64,000 nt of DNA from Thecamonas trahens ATCC 50062. Lineage: Eukaryota; Protista; Apusomonadida. Of the stretch, positions 11,901 to 22,500 are shown in pieces. The notes below the pieces were generated by a model that did not search any database, was not told where the DNA came from, and saw only the letters and a list, made by a program, of their open reading frames with translations. The stretch covers positions 1 through 64,000 of the forward strand of contig NW_013657620.1 in assembly GCF_000142905.1 (NCBI RefSeq), read 5' to 3'. A program made the position numbers and the translations under genes. How positions within the stretch are numbered: the stretch's first letter is position 1; every line of letters starts with the position of its first letter.

Positions 11901-12873
11901 GGTGGCGGTGGCGGCAATCGACTATAAGGCCGAAGGCCTGGAGGTCGGTCCAGCGTGCTCTGCTGTCGACGGCGTGCCTGCGGTGACGATGGGACAGAGC
12001 GGAGCAGGCGTGGTGGCGACGCACTCGCGCGAGGACGCGCAAGTTGCGGCTGCTGCGCGCGCGGACGGCGATAGCAACACGCCGTGGCTCCTCTTTGCGG
12101 TTCCACCACACATCAGCCTCACGGACCGAGTGGGCATCGGGTCGGCAACCGAGGTCTTTGCTGCTATGTTCCGCAACAAGGACTGCGTGATCAAGAAGGC
12201 GCTGCCGCGGTACATTCCGCTGCGTGTCCAGGGCTACCTGGCGCACCTCGCAGCGCGGTGCCAGAGCCTGAACTCACCCAATGTGGCGCCGCTGCTCGGC
12301 GCTGTGGTTGCGCCGGACAACACCTCGCTCCTTGTCCCGTGGTACAATAAGTGCCTTGCCGACCTGTTCGATAACGGGGCGGTGGAGCCGACCTACGTGA
12401 CGCCCAAGTCGATCGGGCTCGACGTCGTCGCTGGCCTCCAAGCGCTCGCTGCTGCCGACATGGTTCATGGCAAGATCTCGCTGGCGAACGTTGTGCTGAC
12501 CGAGGCAGGAACGGCCGTGGTGACCGACTATGCGCTCATGCCGCTGCTCACCTCAGCGCAGACAATGACCGGCGCCTCACATGTGTACTACATGGCACCG
12601 GAGCTGCTCCGCGGCGAAGCGCCGACAACTCACTCGGACGTCTACGCCCTCGGCATTGTCCTCTACCAGCTCATCACGGGACGGATCGATCCGTACGAGG
12701 GCACATCGGCCATGGCTGTCGTCTTTAAGGTAATCCAGGGCGACCTCACGCCGGACCTCAAGAACGTTGCGCCCGATTGGGCCGCCCTCCTCTCCTCGAC
12801 CTGGGCTCATGTCCCAGGCCGCCGTCCCTCGCTCACCCAGCTTTCCATGGATCTTGCCGCGCTGCCGCAGTAA
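8906..12873 (+). CDS. Receptor-type TKL protein kinase: TM, Cache-like ectodomain, TM, kinase, degenerate class III nucleotide cyclase, pseudokinase (frame break ~11600)
   Basis: Two TM segments flank the ectodomain; kinase 1 has GVGGFGEVY, VAVK, HRDLKSLN, DFG, WSAPE; a cyclase-like segment follows; kinase 2 has GIGSATEVF, VHGKISLAN, DYA, YMAPE, SDVYALG. One extra base at 11599-11603 joins the two ORFs. Confidence 0.85.
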
Positions 12874-12992
12874 ACCCGCATCCTGTCCATCCCTGGCTCT
12901 TGCCACACCCGCCTCTGCCCACACCCCATAGCGATAGTTGCGTGTATGGGTGGAGGGAAGGATGAGCAATGCTGCCATTGGGGTTATTGTTG

Positions 12993-13134
12993 GGGATTAT
13001 CGATGGGATTATCGATGGGATTATCGATGGGATTATCGATGGGATTATCGATGGGATTATCGATGGGATTATCGATGGAATTATCGATGGAATTATCGAT
13101 GGAATTATCGATGGGATTATCGATGGGATTATCG
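12993..13134. repeat. 12-bp tandem repeat (GGGATTATCGAT) x ~12
   Basis: Read directly; three internal units are the GGAATTATCGAT variant. Confidence 0.95.
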
Positions 13135-13245
13135 TTGTCGTTTGTGCGTCCGTTGGTCGCCAAATCGACCGTTTGCCCGCCCGTCGCCTGGCGGGCGGCG
13201 GCGAAGCGGGGACGGACGGCAGCGGGAGGAGCACACCCGTCTGCC

Positions 13246-15159
13246 ATGGCCGAGTCTGTGTACCTTCAAGGAACGGTGGGTGAGGCCCTTGCCGAGGCGC
13301 TCACCGAGGTGGCAGTCAAGCAGCCGAACGACCCCATCGAGTACCTTGCCCACTGGCTCATCAAGCACACAGACAACCTCAAGGCCCGCGAAAAGGTACG
13401 CCACTCCCGCAGCAGCAGCACCAGCAGCAGCAGCAGCAGCAGCACCAGCAGCAGTTGCAGGGTGTGTGTGTGTGGGGGGGGGAGGGGATGGTGTGGCCCT
13501 GGTCGGTGGACGGGGGTATGGACGGTGGACGGGGGTATGGACGGTGGACGGGGGTGTGGGCATGCCCTGGTCGGTGGACGGGGGTTGGGCATGCCCTGGT
13601 CGGTGGACGGGGGTATGGGCATGCCCTGGTCGGTGGACGGGGGTATGGGCATGCCCTGGTCGGTGGACGGGGGTATGGGCATGCCCTGGTCGGTGGACAG
13701 GGGTATGGGCATGCCCTGGTCGGTGGACGGGGGGGTGGGGGGTGGGCATGCCCTGGTCGGTGGACGGGGGTGTGGGCATGCCCTGGTCGGTGGACGGGGG
13801 GGGGGGGGTGGGCATGCCCTGGTCGAGGAGGGCACCATGGACGGGCAAAGCACTCACACACAACACAACACAACTTGACAGAGCTACCAAGAGCGGGCAC
13901 TGCTCGAGCGCGAGCGGCTGGAGAAGGAGCACGAGGAGGAGCAGGCCCGGATGATGCGGGAAGAGGAGGTGCGCGTGCTGAAGCGCCAGGCCATGGAGCG
14001 GGCAAAGCGCCTGGAGGAGGCCCGCAAGACCCTGCATGTCCAGCGCCTGGACCTGTACCAGGAGAAGAAGGCCGAGCTGGAGGAGGACTTGACCACCCGG
14101 ACGCGCAAGGTCTTTGTCGCCGGCCAGGACTCGATGGAGGACGACCACCTTGAGGAGCTCCCGCTGACAACCATCGAGAAGGACGTCGCTCTCCTCGACT
14201 TTGTCGCAAACGCACTCAAGGCCATCGCGGGCATCTCGGACTACGTCCCGCCCAAGGACGAGTCCGCCGACGCCGCTGCAGACGGCCAGTTCCCGCTCGC
14301 CGCTGCCGCCTCGGACGATGATGACGCCGATGACGATGACGACGCCGGCGACGCCGATGCTGACGCCGATGCTGATGCCGATGCCGATGCCACGCCGCAG
14401 GATGATGATGCCGACGCGCCGCCCACAGGCGATCACACTGGCGAGTCCGACTACGACGACGACGAGCCGCGCGCAGAGACCGAGGCCTCGTCCGTCGGCC
14501 CGCCGCCGTTTGAGGACCGGCTTCCCAACGTGCTCTCGGACGAGGGCAAGACCGGGCTCGAGCTCCTCCGCCACCAGGTTCTCACCGAGTGGACGCCCGA
14601 GACCAACCCGACGCTCTTCAAGGTCATCCGCGGCGTCATGTTCATGCTTGGCTTCTCCAAGGCCTCCACCGAGGACAACGACAAGATCGCCGAGCTCCTC
14701 AACCGCGAGAGCCCCTCGGTCGTCGACCTCATGCTCCGCGTCAAGTTTGCCGATCTGCCCAAGCCATCCAAGTTCAAGCGCGTCGCCCGCGCCACCCGCG
14801 GCCTCGACGTCCGCAACCTCGTCTCCACCTCGCCACTCGGCTCGTACCCGGCCTACGTCATGCTCGAGTGGCTCCGTGCGGGCGTCACCCTCCGAAACGA
14901 CGTCGTCAACGAGCGCCTCGACGCAGGCGATCCGCTCGATGCCGTCGAGGACCAGGCCTTCCGCGTTGGCGAGGCCGGCGAGCCCGACGACGAGCCCGAA
15001 GCATCCGACTACGACTCGGACTCGGACTGGCTCACTCTCTTTGACGACCATGAGGGCAACGAGTCCGGCACTTCGTACGATGACGGCGCTGGCGGCGACG
15101 CCTCGGAGCGCTACTCGGTCTCGGGCTCGTACTACGGCGAGTCGGACTACGAGTACTGA
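13246..15159 (+). CDS. DPY-30-motif protein with coiled coil and acidic regions, probably flagellar/radial-spoke-associated; exons 13246-13395 and 13882-15159
   Basis: YLQGTVGEALAEALTEVAVKQPNDPIEYLAHWL is a Dpy-30 motif; phase-0 intron GTACGC...TTGACAG joins in frame to ORF 13951-15159. Confidence 0.8.
13496..13824 (+). repeat. Intronic ~30-bp G-rich minisatellite (GGGCATGCCCTGGTCGGTGGACGGGGGTAT) x ~9
   Basis: Read directly; lies inside intron 13396-13881. Confidence 0.95.
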
Positions 15160-15219
15160 GCGCGTAAACGCTCCCTCCCCTTTTCCCTCTCTTTACCATC
15201 TCTGTTACCGCCTCTGCCC

Positions 15220-16803
15220 TCACTCGGCCTTGCCCACAAGCCCGAGGTCGTACACCCAGCCAACAGCCACGAGATCCTGCTCGGCATTGGGCTTGGGCGT
15301 CGACGGCGGTACCAGCGCCCGTGTAAACCGCGACGGCGTCGCCGGAAGCGGCGGCAGCGACACAAGCTGCCCGGAACCGGAGCCTGAGCCGCTCGCGTGC
15401 TGTGGTCGCGCCACCACCAGCGGGCGCGCCACCTTACGCGGTCGCGGATTGCGGTCGTCATCACCGCTGCTACCGGTTCCGCTGCTCCCCGTCCGGCTCT
15501 TGCGCTTACTCCGCCGCATCGCAGTCTCGGCCTCGTCGTCGCCGTCGTCGTTGTCCAAAAAGCCGCCACTGCGGCCATCGTCCGAGTAAACCGCCGGCGA
15601 CGACGAGAACGAGGCTCGGGCGGCAGCGGCAACCCGCGGCTGGCTCGCATCGAGCGACTGGCTCCACACCCGCACCCACGAGAGGTGCATAGCCAGGGTG
15701 GCGTGGTGGGCGCGGACGTGCGAGCGGAGCGAAGACCGGAACGCACATGTGTACGAGCACCCGATCCACTGGCAGCCGTAGTCGTGGAGCGGGGCATGGA
15801 ATGAGCCGTGGAGCTCGAGCAGCGACTTGAAGTCAGTCGAGTACCCGCACTTGGGCCAGGTGCAGCCGTACCGCTTCGCGTGCGTTGGCAGTTCCCAGTC
15901 GGCCCGTCGCCGCACCTGAAGCTCGCGGCTGAGCGCAATGGCGTCGTCGACAGCGTCGTCTGCCGCCGAGTCGGCGTCGTCCGCCGCTGCGTCGAGCCAA
16001 AACCGCCGCGCGTACGAGTAGTAGAGCGAGGCCGGAATGCCTACGCCTGGCTGGTGTGCCCGGAGCACGTGGTTCCACAGCTCGCGCGACGACGGAAAAG
16101 CCAGGTCGGCGCACCCGGGCAGGACGCACTTGCGCCAGCCGTCGCGCGGCAGCGTGGCTGGCGACGCCACCAGCCGCGCCGCTGCCTGTCGTCTCGCCTG
16201 CGTGCGCATCTCCTTGGCGGCCTTGGCCCGCGATGCCCGGATGGCCGCCCGCGCCTTGGCCCGCGCCCGCGAGCGAGCCGACTTGGACTTGGACGCCGCC
16301 GAGCCGAGCGACGCGCTCTCCAGCTCGGTCGCTACGGCAACCTCCTCGTACTGCTTTCGCACCTCGGCTGCTCTAGCCAGCAGCCGGCGCAGGAGCACCG
16401 AGTTCCCGTTGACTGCGCCCTTGCGCTTGCTCCGGTGCCGCTCGTTGGTCTCCAGCTGCTGGTCCATGGACCACTCGCACTCGGTCGCCAGCCCTGTCTG
16501 TGCCAAGTCACTCGGTGGCGACGTCGAGGCCAACGACGAGGTAGCACCGGCTCCTCCCACGCCCGCCGCGCCTTCTGCGGCAGCGGGGCCACTCCCTGAT
16601 CTTGCTCTGCTCGTCCCCGTAGCCGGCGGCGTTCTCCTCCTTCCGCCGGTGGCGACGCCAGCCAGTGGCGCTGTCGAGGGCAGCAGAGCCTTGCTCTCTG
16701 TCGACGACGTCGTCCGCATCGGTGTAGCTGCTGTCGACGTGCTCAGCCCAACTGGTTCGTCCCACAACCTCTGCTCGTCCCACAACCTCTGCTCGTCCCA
16801 CAA
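15220..16803 (-). CDS. C2H2 zinc-finger protein (three fingers); 5' end uncertain, may extend through the 18-bp array and the gap
   Basis: CVLPGC...LWNHVLRAH, CTWPKC...LELHGSFH, CQWIGC...LRSHVRAHH; first in-frame ATG at 16719. Confidence 0.8.
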   Translation of the reverse strand: MWDEQRLWDEQRLWDEPVGLSTSTAATPMRTTSSTESKALLPSTAPLAGVATGGRRRTPPATGTSRARSGSGPAAAEGAAGVGGAGATSSLASTSPPSDLAQTGLATECEWSMDQQLETNERHRSKRKGAVNGNSVLLRRLLARAAEVRKQYEEVAVATELESASLGSAASKSKSARSRARAKARAAIRASRAKAAKEMRTQARRQAAARLVASPATLPRDGWRKCVLPGCADLAFPSSRELWNHVLRAHQPGVGIPASLYYSYARRFWLDAAADDADSAADDAVDDAIALSRELQVRRRADWELPTHAKRYGCTWPKCGYSTDFKSLLELHGSFHAPLHDYGCQWIGCSYTCAFRSSLRSHVRAHHATLAMHLSWVRVWSQSLDASQPRVAAAARASFSSSPAVYSDDGRSGGFLDNDDGDDEAETAMRRSKRKSRTGSSGTGSSGDDDRNPRPRKVARPLVVARPQHASGSGSGSGQLVSLPPLPATPSRFTRALVPPSTPKPNAEQDLVAVGWVYDLGLVGKAE

Positions 16804-17101
16804 CCTCTGCTCGTCCGACTCGGTTGCTGTCCGACTGGTTCTCCTAGTCCGACTGGTTCTCCTTGTCCGACTGGTTCTCCTTGTCCGACTGGTTCTCCTT
16901 GTCCGACTGGTTCTCCTTGTCCGACTGGTTCTCCTTGTCCGACTGGTTCTCCTTGTCCGACTGGTTCTCCTTGTCCGACTGCCTGCTCGCCCGACTGCCT
17001 CTGCTCGCCCTACTGCCTCTGCTCGTCCGACTGCCTCTGCTCGCCCGACTACCTCTGCTCGCCGACTGCCTCTGCTCGCCCGACTGCCTCTGCTCGCCGA
17101 T
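16757..17101. repeat. Compound 18-bp minisatellite with three related unit types
   Basis: Units CCCACAACCTCTGCTCGT, GTCCGACTGGTTCTCCTT and GCCCGACTGCCTCTGCTC run up to the gap. Confidence 0.9.
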
Positions 17102-17111
17102 GCCTCGTGGA

Positions 17112-17554
17112 NNNNNNNNNNNNNNNNNNNNNNNNNNNNNNNNNNNNNNNNNNNNNNNNNNNNNNNNNNNNNNNNNNNNNNNNNNNNNNNNNNNNNNNNN
17201 NNNNNNNNNNNNNNNNNNNNNNNNNNNNNNNNNNNNNNNNNNNNNNNNNNNNNNNNNNNNNNNNNNNNNNNNNNNNNNNNNNNNNNNNNNNNNNNNNNNN
17301 NNNNNNNNNNNNNNNNNNNNNNNNNNNNNNNNNNNNNNNNNNNNNNNNNNNNNNNNNNNNNNNNNNNNNNNNNNNNNNNNNNNNNNNNNNNNNNNNNNNN
17401 NNNNNNNNNNNNNNNNNNNNNNNNNNNNNNNNNNNNNNNNNNNNNNNNNNNNNNNNNNNNNNNNNNNNNNNNNNNNNNNNNNNNNNNNNNNNNNNNNNNN
17501 NNNNNNNNNNNNNNNNNNNNNNNNNNNNNNNNNNNNNNNNNNNNNNNNNNNNNN
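17112..17554. other. Assembly gap
   Basis: Run of N. Confidence 1.
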
Positions 17555-18140
17555 GGGGGTTAGGCAATCGGGTTTCTCGAAGAGCTTGTCTACTTTCCTT
17601 TTTTAGGGTACAGGAATCTGTAATGGGCGGTTCGGGCTGCGGTTCGGATTGTTGATCGGTATGGAGATGGGATGCGGGAGGGACATGGGGGGGGGGATTG
17701 GGAGGGGGAGGGGGTTGGGGCTGGATCGTGCCATGGCCCGGGTCCTCCGCTGGCACAGGGGGAAGGCCGGGGATGGGGAGGGAGAAGGGGGGGGGGGGGG
17801 GGAAGGGGGGATGATGGCCATGGCATGTGACGATGGCATGTAACGATGGTGTGTGGGCACGGCATGCGGCGATGACAGGCATGGGGTGATGGCATGCGGT
17901 GATGAGGATGACTTGATCGGAGCAGCAGGAAGCAGCTCCCCGACCGAGAAACAACCCATGGCATGACCATGACCTCCCATCCCCCTCCCCCCCCCCCCCC
18001 CCCCCCCCCCCCTCCATCACGGCCCTATCCCCCCCCCCCGTCCACTCGACTCGATGCGGCCGCCATCCCCTCCCCCTCCCCCTCCCCCTCCCCCTCCCTC
18101 CCCCCCTCTTCCCCACCACCACCACCACCCCACCCGAGTC

Positions 18141-19454
18141 ATGCTCCGCCTCCCCGCCCTTGCCAGGCACAGCATCCGCCATGCCAGCACAGATGCGGTG
18201 TGGGCAACGAGGCTCTACAGGCGGCGCAGAGGTGTTGGGCAGCAGCGAGTCCATGTGTGGGAGGTCGAGGTCGTCGACGAGCACCCGCCGAGGGTGGTGA
18301 CCCGACATGGGACGGCCGAGGGGAAGAGGACCGAGTCGGTCCGCGAGGTGGCCAGCGGGAAGAACATCGGTCGAGCAAACGCAACTACGCCGCTGGAGCA
18401 AGCCATCAAGGAGGCCATGGCTGCAGAGAGGAAGAAACGTCGCGCGGGATATGTCCCTCGCCTGGCTGATCTGGATCAGATCGAGGCCGATGCTCCCGCT
18501 CATCCTGGTCTGCATCCGGCTTGTGCGGTCGAGCCCATGCTCCTGGGGAGCTACAAGTGGCCATGGATGGCAAAGCAGGTGAAAGAACCGTGGCTGGTCC
18601 AGCCAAAGCTGGATGGCGTCCGCGCCGTCGCCATCGCCCAAGAGCCCGGCACAGAGCGCCCCGTTCGCCTCTTTACCCGTTCGGGCCTCGAGCTCCACAT
18701 CCCGCCGCTCGCCGAGAGCCTCGCTGCACTCATGCTCCAGCCTCATCATCGCCGCTGGGGCTTTGTCGACGGCGAGCTGTACGCCCATGGCCGCCCGCTC
18801 GAATCCATCTCGGGCGCTGTCCGCAAGCTACTCAAGCCCGAGACTGCGACCGCCGATGTTGACGCTCTCGCTCACGCCGGCGTCGCCTTTCACATCTTTG
18901 ACGGCGCTCGCGAGCCGACCCGCACCGCCATGGACGCTCCGTTTGCCTCTCGCGCCGCCGACCTCGACACTGTCTTTGCCTCGATCGAGTCTGCCGCCTC
19001 GCCCTGGCTTGCCCGCGTTCCCATCATCGCCTCCCTCGCTCTCGCAGACAAGTCGCAGGCCGAGGCCGAGGCCGAGCTCCGCGCCATCGCCGGCGACCTC
19101 GTCAGCTCGGGCGGCTTCGAGGGCGCTGTCCTCCGCGCTGCTGGCAGCGCCTACGAGCCCGGCAAGCGATCGCACGCCGCCCTCAAGTACAAGTTCTGGG
19201 AGGAGGACGAGTTTGAGATTGTCGGTACAAAGTCGGGCCAGGGCCGCGAGGCCGGGTGCGTCATCTGGGCCGTCCGCGACGCCCACACCGGCGCCGTCTT
19301 TGACGTCCGCCCGCGCGGCTCGCTCGACTCGCGCCGCCTTGAGAACCCGGACGCCTACATCGGCGCTCTCCTCACCGTCCGTCACTACGGCCGGACCCAG
19401 GACGACGGCCTGCCGCGCTTTGCCGTCGGCATAGGCCTCCGCCAGCTCAAGTAG
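18141..19454 (+). CDS. Minimal ATP-dependent DNA ligase (phage/NCLDV/kinetoplast type) with predicted mitochondrial presequence
   Basis: Motifs I QPKLDGVR, III VDGELY, IIIa FHIFD, IV FEGAVLR, YEPGKRS, V ALKYK, VI LPRFAVGIGLR; N-domain GKNIGRANATTPLEQAIKEA; N-terminus MLRLPALARHSIRHAS. Confidence 0.92.
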   Translation: MLRLPALARHSIRHASTDAVWATRLYRRRRGVGQQRVHVWEVEVVDEHPPRVVTRHGTAEGKRTESVREVASGKNIGRANATTPLEQAIKEAMAAERKKRRAGYVPRLADLDQIEADAPAHPGLHPACAVEPMLLGSYKWPWMAKQVKEPWLVQPKLDGVRAVAIAQEPGTERPVRLFTRSGLELHIPPLAESLAALMLQPHHRRWGFVDGELYAHGRPLESISGAVRKLLKPETATADVDALAHAGVAFHIFDGAREPTRTAMDAPFASRAADLDTVFASIESAASPWLARVPIIASLALADKSQAEAEAELRAIAGDLVSSGGFEGAVLRAAGSAYEPGKRSHAALKYKFWEEDEFEIVGTKSGQGREAGCVIWAVRDAHTGAVFDVRPRGSLDSRRLENPDAYIGALLTVRHYGRTQDDGLPRFAVGIGLRQLK

Positions 19455-19538
19455 GCTTGCTTTAGATATGTTCAGTTGCTGCGCTATGTATCAGAATATG
19501 TGCATGCGCCAAACTCACTCGGCTTTTGCCTCCGCCTC

Positions 19539-22500
19539 TCACTTGCCCTCGTCGATCACGACCTCGTCTGACGACGAGTCGGCGTGCGACATAGACCGCG
19601 GGAGCGGCTCGCAATCCTCTGGCACCGCCGAGTTGACCATCGTCCCGCTTGTGGAGCCGGTCGACGCGCCCTCCCCTGAGCCTGGCGTCGAGACGAGGAT
19701 AACGTCAGGAATGGGTCCATAGTCTGAGACCGCTCCAGATTTTGGAGCCGCGGGCGCGGGCGCGGGCGCACCTGCGGTCGAGCCAGAGTCCGAGCCCAGA
19801 CCCGAGTCCGAGTTCGAGTCCGAGTCCGAGCCCGAGTCCGAGCCCGAGCTCGAGGCGCCCGAGTAGCCAGCAGTGCACGACTCGAGCTCGACGCCGAGCT
19901 GGTTGGCGATGGCGGTAACGTCGACCTTTTCGGGCTCGGGTGCCATGTGCGACGGCAGCGACGAGAGCGTGTTGTCCGAGTCCATCGAGTAGGCCGAGCT
20001 TCCTGGAGCGCGCGGCGGCAAGCGGGATGCCGACTGCGGTGAGACTGTGAGTAGCGTTAGGTCTGCGCGCGAGGCCTGGTTGAGCGAAGCTGACGACGGC
20101 GCAAAGGCGCGGTCGCGGCCGAGGATGCCAAGCTCAAAGAGGTCGGCGTCGTCCCTCAGCTCGATGTGGTTTTGGGTGGTGACCTGCCGGGCCTGTTGGA
20201 AGAGCTCGCGCTCCCAGCGAGTGTTCGACTTCCACACCCGCCACCGGCCGTCGACGGTCTCCATGACATTGAGGAACGCGCCCGACGCAGAGCCCTCGAG
20301 GAGGTCCATTTGCTGGACGAAGACGTCGACGACGATGGCGACGAGGACGTTGAGGAAGACGACGACGACAAGGACGATAAAGGCGACAAAATACCACGCC
20401 GTGTACGACGACGTCGCCTTGATCTCCTCGTACATGACCTCGTGCCAGTTGGAGCCGGTGAGGAGCTGGAACAGGGTGAGCTGCGACTCGACAAAGTTGG
20501 GAAACTGGCCCGTGCCTGAGCCGGCAAACAACTCGAGTCCGATGATAGAGAAGACGTAAAAGACGGTGAGGATGAGGAAGAAAACTGCGCCCATGGTAGG
20601 CAGCACCTCCATCATCGCCGACACAACCTTCCGCAGCCGCTCAAAGAGCGAGACAAGCCGCAGGGCGCGGAGCGCAAACAGGCCCTGTAGCACACGCACG
20701 TTGCGCTCGCTGTTGGGGAAGCCAAAGGCCTTGCGCGGGGCAATGGTAAAAAGAGCGATGGTGGTGCTCACCTGCGAGAGGAAGATGATCAGGTCGACTC
20801 GGTTCCACCGCGACTCCCAGAACTTGGCAAAGCCGAGAACAAGCATCTGGACGCCGTGCTCGAGGCCGTAGAAGACAAGGAAAGCGAGGTTGAAGGCATA
20901 CATGGCCGAGATCGACGACGGATCGTCGAGCGAGCCGACAAGGCCGAGCACGGTAATGTTGGCCGCTACCACCATAAACACCACAGCCTTGACGTACCGC
21001 GACTTGGTCTGGTCGCGCCACTTCCGCAGCTTGGTGGACGCGCCCGAGAACGCATGCGTCACGCACGCTGGCACGAGCGACTCGGCCTCGCGCCGCCGCG
21101 AGAACCGCAGCAGCAGCGCATCAACGAGGCCGTCCCAGTCGCTCCGCGAAATACCCTGGCCCGAGTGGTGCTGGTCGAGGTGGTGGAAGAGAATGAGCGC
21201 CTGCTCCTGGTCGTACTTTCCCGGAGCCACAGCGTCGAGAAAGTCGCGCCACTCGTCAAAGGTGACGAGCCCGTTGTTGTTGACGTCGAGGAGCGCAAAG
21301 GCGACGTCGAGGGCCTTGGTCTCCTCGATAAAGTCGCGCGAGACCTTTTTCTCGCGGATAGCCTTGTAGCCCTCGAGCACAATCGCTACCACCACATTCA
21401 TCAGCAGAAACATGGAGAAAATGATGTACGAAACAAAGAAGATGACGTTGACGTTGTTGCGGTCGTACGCCGGCCGCATGATGTCCGGGTAGTTCTCCGA
21501 GGTCGAGAGCACAAACATGGCGAGGCACGACGCCGAGAACGAGTTAAAGTCGCCGAGCCCGTCCGAGGTGTAGTACGAGTGGTACAGGTTCATGCCCATA
21601 ATGCCGTACGTGAGCACCAATGCAAGGTATGCCACCGAGATCTCGGCGAGCTTGGGAATGGCCTTGAGCATCGTGCCCACAATGTCACGCAGCTGGGCAG
21701 ACGAGGCCACCAGCAACGCGGCCCGGAATGGCCGCGAGAAGCGGACGTTGGTGCCGGCTCCGTACGTGATGAACGCATCGATGAGAATGGTGATCGCCGT
21801 GAAAAGATACGAGCCAGTGTGCAGCGACTTGAAGTACTGGAGGCCGCCCATGGACGGGAACTTGAGCCCGATGTCAATGAGGTAAAAGGTACAGGCGAGG
21901 ATCTCCAATGCCGCGTACGTCTTGCCGTGCTCACCGAGTGGCGCCCGGTGCGAAGTTGGCTCCCACCGAGCCAGTGACATGTGCGCCACAATGATGGCAA
22001 AGATAAAGTACCGCCATGCCCGTGACGAATGCCACTTGTAGAACGCCGACTGCACCGCCGTCCGATCGATAAAGATGTGGCCCTTGACTGATTCACGGAC
22101 AAAAACGCCGCCTTGTCCACGCGTTCTTTGCGCTGTCCGTCATCGCACCATCACCAGCACGACCAACGTCATCACCGCCACCAACGCCACCGCCGCCAGA
22201 AAACGATCATCACCACCAGCATGATCCCCACCACCGCCACGAGACCCCAGCCCGACCACCATCGCCATCACCACCGCCACGAGACCCCAGCCCGACCACC
22301 ATCACCATCGCCACCGCCACGAGACCCCAGCCCGACCACCACCACCATCGCCACCGCCACGAGACCCCAGCCCGACCACCATCGCCATCAACCGATCATC
22401 GTAACATCGCCATGAGTCCCCTTCCCTCCTCCCCCCTCCCGCCCCCGCCCCCGCACACACACGCTCTCTCCTCTCCGTCTTCTCCAACATACCGTCAGAT

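Noticed and set aside
12993-13824. Repeat arrays as a CRISPR array or as repeat proteins (WDYR, IIDG, GMPWSVDG ORFs)
   Set aside because: No unique spacers or cas genes; eukaryotic context; the ORFs are by-products of stop-free tandem repeats, and one array lies inside a clean intron.
18141-19454. Endogenous virus or provirus around the ligase
   Set aside because: No capsid, packaging ATPase, polymerase, integrase or terminal repeats; neighbours are ordinary eukaryotic genes with similar GC.
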